Shown: positions 1 to 9,087 of the stretch, one piece after another | Numbering within the stretch: the stretch's first letter is position 1 | Layout: each line of letters starts with the position of its first letter | Origin: a candidate division FCPU426 bacterium | GTDB lineage: Bacteria; Oederibacteriota; Muellerivitia; Muellerivitales; Muellerivitaceae | Direction of reading: 5' to 3' | Assembly: GCA_963719085.1 (NCBI GenBank) | Contig: CAVRAL010000004.1 | Coordinates: 608,001 to 672,000 of the forward strand | Length of the DNA stretch: 64,000 nucleotides | Notes under the pieces: generated by a model | The model's input: only the letters and a program-made list of their open reading frames with translations | Database searches by the model: none | Told to the model about the DNA's origin: nothing | Translations under genes and position numbers: made by a program

Positions 1-30
1 CCGACCGGGCTTAAGGATAGCAAAAAAAGG

Positions 31-1155
31 TCACAACTCATAAGCCAGAGCCAAGAAAACCCGGTCCGGATTCAAGGCCAAGGGACCTTCACTGAAAGCG
101 AGGGAGACTTGGCCTTGAAGGCTAAACTGCCAGCCCGTATCAAAATTCAAAACCACTTGGGGCCAAAAAAGAAAAGGTCCGCCATCTGGGGATTTGATTA
201 AAGCCGGTTCCAGAGTCCAATGTTTATCCAAGGCCCGATTGAGGGAAAAATAAAAATAATCGGCGGCCGGGTTCCCATTCGAAAATCCCCCCAAAGCCTC
301 GCCGGTTCCGTCCCAAAGCCATTCCAGGCTTAAGTTGCTCTCGTCCCACCGGCTGGAGACACCGGCCTCCATTTCCATGGCTGACTGGTGCTCGGCGAAA
401 AACCATTCAACCCCTTCCCAACGAAGTTGAAAAGTCGGAAAAGTCACCACCCCTTCCAACCCCAACCCCTGCCGGTCGATCAAGTGGGCAAAACTGGGCG
501 CGACCGTAATGCCGATGCCCCGGTTGGGGAGCCGCGCGACCCACTCGGTAGCGCCGCCCGCCAACAGACGCCCGGCGGCCTCAAAACTGAGGTCATCGAA
601 AAGGGCTTGGGAAAAATCCGCCGCCTCACTGCCCAAGGGCTCTTCCCGTAAAAGCGTCAGGGGCCCCAGTGGGTTGAAGTAATTCGTGGGTTTATAAAAA
701 CGGCCCGATCCCCAGGCGAAGTCTTGTAACCCCAATGTGGTTTGAAACCCATCAAAACTTTCTTGAAAATTCAGCCGGGTCAACCGCAAGGTTTCGTAAT
801 TGAATCCATCGCTGTCGTTGAAGTTGTTCCACTCCAGATTGACCCAATTGGCTTTCGCGTTTTCAGGCCAAGGAACCGCCACGGGGTTTTGGTCCGCCAG
901 CCAAAGAGCTTCCCCGCCCAGGTTGAGATCCAGATCATCCAAGATTTGATCTTTTCGATCCAACAAAAGCCGCGTCACTTGAAAATAAGACGCCGCGCCG
1001 CCCTGGTCGTGGACGCCCGTGTCAAAATCAAGCCGCAGCCCCAAAGACCCGGTGGTTTGGGCGCAAAGAGTCGGTGAAAAAATAAAAAAAAGAACCAGGC
1101 AGCGAATGGGACTCATGAAGTCGAAATTCCTTCGGGACAAAAGTGAGGCGGCCAA
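31..1155 (-). CDS. Exported, probable outer-membrane beta-barrel hypothetical protein
   Basis: Signal-peptide-like segment ending LCA-Q (start may be ATG 1116); alternating beta-strand pattern; GxQxxxWG..Y.PTxxFNP motif; C-terminal LAYEL. Confidence 0.6.
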   Translation of the reverse strand: MAASLLSRRNFDFMSPIRCLVLFFIFSPTLCAQTTGSLGLRLDFDTGVHDQGGAASYFQVTRLLLDRKDQILDDLDLNLGGEALWLADQNPVAVPWPENAKANWVNLEWNNFNDSDGFNYETLRLTRLNFQESFDGFQTTLGLQDFAWGSGRFYKPTNYFNPLGPLTLLREEPLGSEAADFSQALFDDLSFEAAGRLLAGGATEWVARLPNRGIGITVAPSFAHLIDRQGLGLEGVVTFPTFQLRWEGVEWFFAEHQSAMEMEAGVSSRWDESNLSLEWLWDGTGEALGGFSNGNPAADYFYFSLNRALDKHWTLEPALIKSPDGGPFLFWPQVVLNFDTGWQFSLQGQVSLAFSEGPLALNPDRVFLALAYEL

Positions 1156-1157
1156 GT

Positions 1158-2105
1158 TTACTTCTTGATCAAGTCACCGCCCTCAATCCGCGGAACCGCA
1201 CGGATAATCGGGGAAGAAAAACGCCCCGGCGATTGACCGCCGGGCGCCAATATTTTTCCATTCTTGGAATCCAAGACCCAAACCTGGCTTTCGCGGCCCC
1301 GCTTTGTCTGGGCGTTTCCGGAGACCAAAACCCTGATTTCTTCCCGGACCTCAAAAAGCGACAGGCTGGTGTCTTTCCATTGGGAGGCGGCGGGATTTAA
1401 AAAGGTTTGCCATAAAAGATGCTGGTCCACATCGTAAGCGCTCACCCGGCCCCGGTTATCCACTACATAAGTATCGCTGTCGGGGCTCCTAGCCGCGTCG
1501 GCGGCTTGATCCATCTCCAAAGCCCAAATCACTTTGGCTTTTTGAAAATCCACTTCCTCGATTTTAGAGTCCATCGTCACCAAAAAATTGCCGCTGTCAG
1601 GGCAAACCCGCGCCGACCGGGGAGCTTGGGATAAGGCGAATTCCCAGCGGATCTTGGGCGCGTCGCCTTTGGCGTCCGCCAAAAAAATCCTGTTTTTCAC
1701 GGCGTCCGCGGCTAAAACCAGGGTCGGTTTTCCGTTCAGGTCCCAATCCACCGCCACCGCGCTCACCGGCGGATCCGTGTCCAACTCGTTCCAATCCCAA
1801 GCGCTGATCCAAGGCTTTTTACCCATCGTGTGGTGCAGTAAAAAAACCTTCCCCTTGCCCCCGGCCACCAGCCAATCACCCGAAGGCTCGGATTGGGCGT
1901 CAAAAGCCGGTCCGTCCAGCGGAAAAATCCATTCTTCCTTGCCCGTGCGGGTCACTAGGCTGAGCCGGTTGGGGCTTTGCTCGCACAAAAGCATATCGGG
2001 AAAAAAAGAACCGGCCGCGGAAACGCGCGGTTTCGCCGCCAAAAAATTTGGGGTTAAAAGAACAAGACAAAGAAGCGGAGCCGAAGTTTTTAAAAAACGC
2101 CTCAA
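1158..2105 (-). CDS. Exported beta-propeller-like hypothetical protein
   Basis: Signal peptide; repeated G/K-x-x-x-W blade-like motifs; TTG start abuts the upstream stop. Confidence 0.6.
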   Translation of the reverse strand: MRRFLKTSAPLLCLVLLTPNFLAAKPRVSAAGSFFPDMLLCEQSPNRLSLVTRTGKEEWIFPLDGPAFDAQSEPSGDWLVAGGKGKVFLLHHTMGKKPWISAWDWNELDTDPPVSAVAVDWDLNGKPTLVLAADAVKNRIFLADAKGDAPKIRWEFALSQAPRSARVCPDSGNFLVTMDSKIEEVDFQKAKVIWALEMDQAADAARSPDSDTYVVDNRGRVSAYDVDQHLLWQTFLNPAASQWKDTSLSLFEVREEIRVLVSGNAQTKRGRESQVWVLDSKNGKILAPGGQSPGRFSSPIIRAVPRIEGGDLIKK

Positions 2106-3494
2106 TTAAATTTTACCCTTCAGGTCATTCACGAACTGTCGGGCGGCCCGGCCCGAGCGGCCATTATTGAAGCGGGTCCATTGGACGGCCTTGAGATGAA
2201 GCTCGGCCTCCGGCATCTGGATTCCCTCAAACTTGGCCCACTCGTCCACCATCTTGAGGAAGGTGTCCTGATCCGGCGCGTAAAAAGAAATCACCAACCC
2301 AAATCGGTCGGCCAGGGAAAGTTTCTCTTCCACCGTGTCCGCCCCGTGAATCTCCCCGTCTTCCACGACTCCGCCCGCCCGGTCGCCAAAAAACTCGCGG
2401 ATCAAGTGGCGGCGGTTGGAGGTGGCGATCAGGATCACGTTTTGAGGGGAAGCTTCCAAGGTTCCTTCCAGAACCGCTTTGAGCCCTTTGTAGGAAGTCT
2501 CATTTTCCTCAAAAGAAAGGTCATCCACGAATAGAATGAATTTTTCCCGCCGTCCCCGCAAGTGCGAAAGGATCACCGGAAAATCCATCAAGTGCGCCGA
2601 AAGCACCTCGACCAGCCTCAAACCCTGCGCGTGATAGGCGTTGAGCAGGGCTTTCACCGTAGAGGATTTGCCCGTACCCCTTTCGCCGTAGAGCAAGGCG
2701 TTGTTGGCCGGTTTCCCCTTCACGAAAGCCCGGATGTTTTCCAAAAGCGGTTTTCGCTGTTCGTCATATCCCACCAGGTTTTCCAAACGGATCGGGTCCA
2801 AGGCTTCCACACCGTCCAGGGATTGTTTTCGGGAGTTCCAGCGGAAAGCGCGAAAACGGCCGAAGGAGCCGAATCCCTGTTCGTGAAAATAAGCCGCGAT
2901 TTCCGGAGCCAACCGTGAAGCGGCCAGGGAAGGATTTAACAGCTTTTCTTTTAAACCCAGCCGCGCCTTGGCTGGAGCCGAAAGGGTCTTGGCGGATTCC
3001 AAAGTCCGGAACCCGGTGAAAGACGGTATCGTCCCGCCGGAAGTTTTTCCCTTTTGATCCTTAAAATTTTTCTCCCAATCGGTCCGGACCACTTTTAAAA
3101 AATATCCCAGTTCCTCGGCGTAGGCTTTTTTCAAGGGCGCGCCGATTTGGTCGTAAGACGCCAATTCGGCTTTGCGGTGCAGGACATTGGGATGATCGAG
3201 AAATTTTTCCAGCCAGTAGTCTTGCAGGCCGTCCCCGGTCAAGGGATGGCGGCTCAGTTCTTGTTTTTCCGCCACGGCTTTCCAAAGCTTCCGGTAAAAC
3301 CGCTTGCCCCGGGATTCCCACTCGGCGGCGCCCTTCAAGGCCTTTCGAAAAGCCAAGCCCACCTCATCCTCAAAAAGACCCTCAAAAAGATCAAAGGCTT
3401 TGAGTCCGGGCCAGGCCTCGTTTTTTTCAACCGGGGCGGGGGGCTTTGTTTTTTTTATTTTGAGGAGCTTGGGCTTTTTCATGAACCTCTCCAA
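2106..3494 (-). CDS. DUF815-family AAA+ ATPase
   Basis: NALLYGERGTGKSS Walker A, FVDDLSFE Walker B, ATSNRRHL, EEKLSLADRFG, GRSGRAARQF. Confidence 0.9.
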   Translation of the reverse strand: MERFMKKPKLLKIKKTKPPAPVEKNEAWPGLKAFDLFEGLFEDEVGLAFRKALKGAAEWESRGKRFYRKLWKAVAEKQELSRHPLTGDGLQDYWLEKFLDHPNVLHRKAELASYDQIGAPLKKAYAEELGYFLKVVRTDWEKNFKDQKGKTSGGTIPSFTGFRTLESAKTLSAPAKARLGLKEKLLNPSLAASRLAPEIAAYFHEQGFGSFGRFRAFRWNSRKQSLDGVEALDPIRLENLVGYDEQRKPLLENIRAFVKGKPANNALLYGERGTGKSSTVKALLNAYHAQGLRLVEVLSAHLMDFPVILSHLRGRREKFILFVDDLSFEENETSYKGLKAVLEGTLEASPQNVILIATSNRRHLIREFFGDRAGGVVEDGEIHGADTVEEKLSLADRFGLVISFYAPDQDTFLKMVDEWAKFEGIQMPEAELHLKAVQWTRFNNGRSGRAARQFVNDLKGKI

Positions 3495-3690
3495 AAAGTG
3501 ACTGGATTTTTATTTTACGTCTTTTTCCCGGAAGAACGCATCCCTTTCTCTTGTTAAACTAAAGGGCCCATGGCGCCCCCCCGGCGTCGGAACAACCCTA
3601 AAAGACCCCGAAACTTTGCCGTGGTCAGCCGCGCCAAACCGCATTATTCTCTCGATGGAGACTTAAAAAATTCAACCCATTGGCCCTTCC

Positions 3691-5787
3691 ATGAAAGACC
3701 TTTTCCGCCGAGATTTGAATTTCACTTATCCTCCGTTCGTTTTTTTCTTTTTATTTCTTTTGTCCAATTGTCTTTTGTCTCTCGGCTCCCTTTCACCTGT
3801 CTTAAAAATTTGGATTTTTTTATTCGGTCTTCTTTTTCCCTTGGCGGGAGCCGCTTTGATTTTCACCCCCCCGCCCGCCCGGCAAAAGTCTTCCTTTCAA
3901 ACCGATCCTTTTAAAAATTTTTCACTCCCGGTCTGGGCCTGGTTTCTTTTAGGGATATCCGCCCTCCTGGCGCGCTTCTGGCAGCTGGGAAGCCCCGGCT
4001 GGTGGCCGGTTCCCGACGACGCCCTGTTGGCCCGTTATATCTTGGATTTGGACCATCATTGGCGCTGGCGGGCGCTGGAGATGATTTCCCAGGTCTCCAG
4101 TTTGCCGACCTACTTTGGATGGCTGGTTTTTAAAATCACCGGCTCCACCTTGATCGCCGCCCAGTTCCCGCCGGTTTTTTTCTCCTCGGCCGCCCTAGGG
4201 GTCAGTTACGCGACGGCCCGGTTATTTTTTCCCAAAACCCTCTCTTTCATTTTTTTCATTTTTTTCGCTTTCAGTTTTTGGCCCCTGCTGATGGCCAAAC
4301 CGCTTTTTGCCGCCAGCCTCATGCCGTTTTTGGAATTACTCGTGTTTTATGCCCTGGGGCGGTGGGTCAATTCGAGAGCCGGTTTTTGGGCTTTCGCCTT
4401 GGGCGCCTGCGCGGGCTTAGGCCTCTACACCTTTCCCTCCTGGCCCGCCATGTGGCTGTGGCTGGGGGGCCTTTGGGTGTGGCTCCGGCGGGAAAAATCC
4501 GCTCGGAAATTTTCGCCCTGGCTTTTCGGGGTCGGCTTTTTGCCCATGCTTGTCCCCTTTGGCCTGGCGGTTTGGCGGCAGGGCTACGGGGGCCACCTGA
4601 CGGCGGTGGCAGCTTGGAGCGGCGCCTCGTTGGGGTGGACCCAAACCCAAGTCGCCTTGGATTATCTTCGGGTTCTTTTTTGGGGCGGCGTCTCGGGACT
4701 TTGGATACCGCTCGACGGCGGATTTTTAAACGGACTTTTCGACTCTTTTTTCTTTCTGGGATTAATCGAGCTCTACCGCCATCGCCGAACCCAAATCCCG
4801 TTGTTTTTGGCCGCGGCTTTTATTTTTTTTCTATTGCCCGGCGTCCTTTCGCATGATGTGGAAACCTGCCGGGTGCTTTTGGTCTTACCGCCTCTGCTCG
4901 CTATCGCGGCCATCGGGTTGAACGCGCTTTTACTGGATTTGCCTTCGTCCCGGAAGGCCGCGCTACTCGCGCTGGCCCTGGCGCTGGGCTCGGCTTGGGA
5001 CATCCATCGAATCGTCCCGTCAGCCCAATCCCTCGCGTTATCCAGCGGCGCGCCGGTCTTCAGCGAACGCCAACTGGCTTACGAGGCCTTAAAACCCATC
5101 GCCAATGAGCAAGGTCCCGGGCTTGTCTTTTCCGAAATGGTGCCCTTCACCAGCGACAACTCCCTTTTGGTCTTTTCTTATCCTTTCAACGCCGTGCTGA
5201 ATCCGGCTCTCACCAACGGCCCCAAAGCTGCCTGGGCCGCCATCTTCACCGATTGGAATTACGTCCCGGCCCTTCGCGAACGCTTTCCCCTTTCGCGTTG
5301 GAAAGACCTTTCCCCCCTGCCCGGATCGGCTCCCGGTCTTTACGAACTGGGCCTAATTCCCTTGAGCGAAAACAACCGGCCTTTATTTGATCTATGGAAA
5401 ATTTACTTCGCCCGAGTCCAACAGATCGATTTTGAGTTTATCGACACCCCCACCGGCCGGCCCGAAACCCGGGTGCTGAAAGATTTGTTGGATTTTTACC
5501 CCTCGGTTCCTAACGACTCTTTTCTTCAGTCCTGCTTTTTTGAGAAACTTTTTTACTACTATTCATTTGAAAAGACTTTTTATCCCCAAGACGCCTGGAC
5601 CCATTGGGAAACTTTTAAGGACGTCTTCCAACGTTCTTTCGGCAAAAGCCTTCAGGACTCGGTGCTTTGTCAAAAGTACGGTCAAATCCTTGTAATTTCC
5701 GGCGAGGGGACCGAAGCGGAAAAAATATTCGCGAAAGCCCGGGGCTTGAGCGCTCAAACCCCGTTAAAAACCTCGGCCAGCCGTTGA
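3691..5787 (+). CDS. GT-C-fold (ArnT/PMT, GT39/83-like) membrane glycosyltransferase-like protein with soluble C-terminal domain
   Basis: Many TM helices; RF..L...WP.PDD first-loop acidic pair; C-terminal TPR-like helix pair; paralogue of 31522-33615. Confidence 0.7.
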   Translation: MKDLFRRDLNFTYPPFVFFFLFLLSNCLLSLGSLSPVLKIWIFLFGLLFPLAGAALIFTPPPARQKSSFQTDPFKNFSLPVWAWFLLGISALLARFWQLGSPGWWPVPDDALLARYILDLDHHWRWRALEMISQVSSLPTYFGWLVFKITGSTLIAAQFPPVFFSSAALGVSYATARLFFPKTLSFIFFIFFAFSFWPLLMAKPLFAASLMPFLELLVFYALGRWVNSRAGFWAFALGACAGLGLYTFPSWPAMWLWLGGLWVWLRREKSARKFSPWLFGVGFLPMLVPFGLAVWRQGYGGHLTAVAAWSGASLGWTQTQVALDYLRVLFWGGVSGLWIPLDGGFLNGLFDSFFFLGLIELYRHRRTQIPLFLAAAFIFFLLPGVLSHDVETCRVLLVLPPLLAIAAIGLNALLLDLPSSRKAALLALALALGSAWDIHRIVPSAQSLALSSGAPVFSERQLAYEALKPIANEQGPGLVFSEMVPFTSDNSLLVFSYPFNAVLNPALTNGPKAAWAAIFTDWNYVPALRERFPLSRWKDLSPLPGSAPGLYELGLIPLSENNRPLFDLWKIYFARVQQIDFEFIDTPTGRPETRVLKDLLDFYPSVPNDSFLQSCFFEKLFYYYSFEKTFYPQDAWTHWETFKDVFQRSFGKSLQDSVLCQKYGQILVISGEGTEAEKIFAKARGLSAQTPLKTSASR

Positions 5788-5830
5788 AAGGACTTGAGGA
5801 AACGGTCCTTGTTTTTATAATGCCTTCCTA

Positions 5831-6535
5831 ATGTTCATCACCTTTTCGGACGACAGTCCGGCCTCCAAAAATATCCCCTGGGCCAACACCTTCATGATTT
5901 TGGTGAATGTGGTGGTGGCTTACCTGACCATCGGCCATGATGATTTTCAACAGGTCCTGGATCAGTATGGTTTTATACCGGCCCGGCACATCGGCATCGG
6001 CGTTTTTACCGGGCTGTTTCTCCACAGCAGTTGGACCCAATTGGTGGCCAACATGTCCTTTCTTTTTTTCTTCGGTAAGGGCGTGGAAAACCAATGGGGG
6101 AAGGGGCCTTACTTTGTTTCGTATCTGCTTTGCGGCCTGGCCGGCGAGGTGGCCCATCTGCATTTCCATCCCCACAGCACCCTGGCCTTGATCGGCGCCT
6201 CCCGGGTGGTGACGGGCATGGGGGTCATTTATCTGCTGCACTACCCCTGGGGCCGCATGAAATGGATTTTTTCTTTTTTCGGGGTGCCTTTGCTGGAGAT
6301 TCCCTCGCGCACGATTTTCGTGATGGGTTTGTGGGCTCTGGTGCAGGCGGCGCTGGCCTTTATTCCCTGGAGCGAGCTTCCCAGGTTGATGCCTTTTTTA
6401 TCGCGTTGGAACGGAACCCTCTTCACCATCCATCAGACCGCCGGAACTGCCTGGGACGCCCACTTGGGCGCTTTGGCGATGGGTCTCATTTTGTTCGCTT
6501 GGTTCACGATTTTAAGGGGCAAAAAGAAAAAATAA
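5831..6535 (+). CDS. Rhomboid-family intramembrane protease (variant motifs)
   Basis: FLH....QLVANM, G..VE..WG, IGAS, AHLG motifs. Confidence 0.85.
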   Translation: MFITFSDDSPASKNIPWANTFMILVNVVVAYLTIGHDDFQQVLDQYGFIPARHIGIGVFTGLFLHSSWTQLVANMSFLFFFGKGVENQWGKGPYFVSYLLCGLAGEVAHLHFHPHSTLALIGASRVVTGMGVIYLLHYPWGRMKWIFSFFGVPLLEIPSRTIFVMGLWALVQAALAFIPWSELPRLMPFLSRWNGTLFTIHQTAGTAWDAHLGALAMGLILFAWFTILRGKKKK

Positions 6536-6541
6536 GCCTCT

Positions 6542-7645
6542 TCAGCCCGCGCTGAAAAGCCGGGCGATATTTTCTTCCGGCACCCCGGGCGCCTGGGCCA
6601 CCCCCAGGTTTTCCCGCACATGCTCCTTGCGTTTCATCCCCACCAAAGCCGCCGTCACGCCGGGAGTGGAGCGGACAAATTGAACCGCCCGCTGAGCGTC
6701 GGTCGCGAGGCCGGGAAAATTCTCGTTCACGATCGCGGGCAAATTGCGGGAGAGCTTGGATTGCAGGATGGACGCGCTGGTAAAAACCGCCACACCGTTT
6801 TTACGGGCGGCTTCTAAAAGCGGCGTCCGCCGGTCGCCGTCCAATTGGTTCGGGATCCCATAAGCTTCCGTCATGCCCAAATTGTAAGGCAGTTGAACGG
6901 CTTTAAAATGATGATGATCGCCGCCGGCCTTTTCGGCCGTTCGAAGCACATCCTGAAGCGACAAATAGTCCTGGTCGTTAGGCCTTACCCGGTAGCCGTT
7001 CCAAGTGGCGGTGCCGTAAGCCTTTATTTTTCCCTCGGCGGCCAACTTTTCCAGCTCGCGGAAAGCCTGCTCCAAGCGGAATAAAAACTCATCCCGAGCG
7101 ACTTCGTCCAATTGCATTTCCGGATTATGCACGTGGTAAAGATCGATGGAATCCAGCGAAAGATTGTTGAGCGACCGTTCCACTTGATCTCGAAGATAAC
7201 CGGGTGTCATACAATGGCATCCGGCCACGATGTCCTTAGGCTCGCAAATCCCGGCGGCGAAATACTGCTCCTGAAAATAGGCCCGGGGATCCCGGGGCGG
7301 CTCCCCGTCGAAGGGAATAAATCCCCCCTTGGTGCAGATCACGACTTCTTCCCTTTTAATTTTTCCTTCGCCGATTAATTTTTTCAGCGCCGCGCCGATA
7401 TTTCGCTCGCTTCGCATACAGCGGTAATTGATGGCCGAGTCGACAAGATTGATTCCCGAAAGCAGGGCTTCCTCGATGGCTTCTATATACAACCGGTCAT
7501 CCCCTTCATCTTGGTTTCCCAAGTAAGTGCCCAGGCCCAGGGAAGAAACTTGGAGGCCGTTAAAATCGCGGTAATGCCCGGCCTTGAGTAAGGCGGGGAA
7601 TTTTTCAGCGTACTTTTGAGTGGCGGCCGGCGTAGCGGATGACAT
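6542..7645 (-). CDS. Aldo/keto reductase
   Basis: SSLGLGTY, DSAINY, CTKGG, SL.NL..D.IDLY.VHNPE. Confidence 0.9.
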   Translation of the reverse strand: MSSATPAATQKYAEKFPALLKAGHYRDFNGLQVSSLGLGTYLGNQDEGDDRLYIEAIEEALLSGINLVDSAINYRCMRSERNIGAALKKLIGEGKIKREEVVICTKGGFIPFDGEPPRDPRAYFQEQYFAAGICEPKDIVAGCHCMTPGYLRDQVERSLNNLSLDSIDLYHVHNPEMQLDEVARDEFLFRLEQAFRELEKLAAEGKIKAYGTATWNGYRVRPNDQDYLSLQDVLRTAEKAGGDHHHFKAVQLPYNLGMTEAYGIPNQLDGDRRTPLLEAARKNGVAVFTSASILQSKLSRNLPAIVNENFPGLATDAQRAVQFVRSTPGVTAALVGMKRKEHVRENLGVAQAPGVPEENIARLFSAG

Positions 7646-7713
7646 AGATATTCCTTTTTTAGTTTCCCCGATTATGGATTGAAACCGCCCCCCAGGGCCA
7701 GGGCCTTAAAAAT

Positions 7714-7750
7714 AAAAAAGCCCGCTCCCGAAACCGGGAACGGGCTTTAA
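7714..7750 (-). terminator. Intrinsic terminator
   Basis: aaagcccg-ctcccg/cgggaa-cgggcttt hairpin with a T-run on the minus strand after the lipoprotein gene. Confidence 0.8.
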
Positions 7751-7761
7751 AAATAGTAATC

Positions 7762-8472
7762 TCACGGAACCGAAATACTGGCTTCCCATTCCTGATAAAT
7801 GGACACCGCCCCATAGGCCAGCGTGGCGTTGGAGATTGAAGAAACAGTTACTCCCGCTCCCACGTCCATTCCATAGAGATGGGGCGGAGTGATGGGATAG
7901 GTTGTGCCGGTATTGATCGTGACCGGAAAAGTAAAGTTCGAAAGGCTCAAAGTATCCGTGGCCCCGGCGCTATTCTCGATCTCCAAAAAGGAAAAGTCGA
8001 CCGGGGTGGAGCAGGTAACCAAAGTGACCGCGCCGCCCGCCGTAGCCGTCTGCCAAGTGACCGCACCCGGGGCCACTAGGGTGACAGAGCCGACGGTGCC
8101 CAAAACATCGGTGGACAGCACATAGGTTGAACCGGGGCTGTAGGTGAAGCTTCCATTGTAATAATCCGAGTAGGCGTGCCCCGAATGGCTGACGGGTCCA
8201 TCATAGGCCAGTGCCACGGGCGCTCCGGGAAAGTTTCCTGAAAGGCTGACAGCCGCGGCGGTATAGGGAGCGCCGTTTACCTCCAGGCCCATCTCCACGC
8301 CGGAACCACCATTGATTTCCGAAATAAACGGCTCCGCCCAGGTAAAGGTCACGGCTCCCGCCACGGGGCCCGTGGGAGAGGACTTGCTTCCACAACCGGC
8401 CTGAAAAACCGACAAGCTCGCGGCCAGGAACAAACCCCAAACGCCCAACATCCACTTGATTTCCCCCGTCAT
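7762..8472 (-). CDS. Putative lipoprotein (beta-rich, S/T/G-rich)
   Basis: Hydrophobic N-terminus, QAG-C lipobox-like site, then a flexible GSKSSPTGP tether; start uncertain. Confidence 0.65.
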   Translation of the reverse strand: MTGEIKWMLGVWGLFLAASLSVFQAGCGSKSSPTGPVAGAVTFTWAEPFISEINGGSGVEMGLEVNGAPYTAAAVSLSGNFPGAPVALAYDGPVSHSGHAYSDYYNGSFTYSPGSTYVLSTDVLGTVGSVTLVAPGAVTWQTATAGGAVTLVTCSTPVDFSFLEIENSAGATDTLSLSNFTFPVTINTGTTYPITPPHLYGMDVGAGVTVSSISNATLAYGAVSIYQEWEASISVP

Positions 8473-8560
8473 GACTTGCCCCCATTGGATCGTGATTGAA
8501 TAGGCAGCGAGTCTAGACAATCGGGGGGCTGTTTACCAGCGGAAAGGCCGTTGGAGCCGA

Positions 8561-9070
8561 TTACCAGCGATAAGGGACGAGAATCACCCCTTCTTGTTCC
8601 ACGGTGAGATGCTTTCGATCGGAGTCCAGTCGGCCCTTCATGGACTCGTAAAATTGACGATAAGGGTTTTTTTCCAAAACCCAAACCACGGCGGGAGACA
8701 AACCCGACTGACGGAGCCGCCCAAGGGCCGCCCGAAATAATTCCCGGCCTACTCCTTTGCCTTGGAATTTTTTTAAAAGATAAATCGCGTAAATCTCGCC
8801 CTCGCCGCTTTGGGGGCGGCCGCGTTCTTTCCCGCCGTCCACAAACCCCGCGATTTCATTCTCCACTTCCGCCACATAAAGGAAATAAGAAAAGGAATTC
8901 GGTTGGAGGCTTTGCTGAAAGATTTGCGCGGCGGCCGCCTCGGTCATGCCTTCTAAAAAAAGCTTGGGCGCGATGCCCGTGTAGGTTTCCCGCCAGGATT
9001 GGGCATAAGCCCGCGAAATGGCCGGAATATCCGCCGTCCGGCCTTCGCGCAAGCGGAAGGAAAAACTCAA
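8561..9070 (-). CDS. GNAT-family N-acetyltransferase
   Basis: SWRETY.G, IYLL..FQGKGVG acetyl-CoA motif, N..R.FYE; GAGG SD before TTG. Confidence 0.9.
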   Translation of the reverse strand: MSFSFRLREGRTADIPAISRAYAQSWRETYTGIAPKLFLEGMTEAAAAQIFQQSLQPNSFSYFLYVAEVENEIAGFVDGGKERGRPQSGEGEIYAIYLLKKFQGKGVGRELFRAALGRLRQSGLSPAVVWVLEKNPYRQFYESMKGRLDSDRKHLTVEQEGVILVPYRW

Positions 9071-9087
9071 AGGAACCTCGCCCGAGC

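Noticed and set aside
3570..3914. ORF MAPPRRRNNPKRPR with a TAAACT 9 nt upstream; possible frameshifted N-terminus of the GT-C gene
   Set aside because: It overlaps the 3691 CDS out of frame, that CDS has a plausible start of its own, and nothing supports a frameshift
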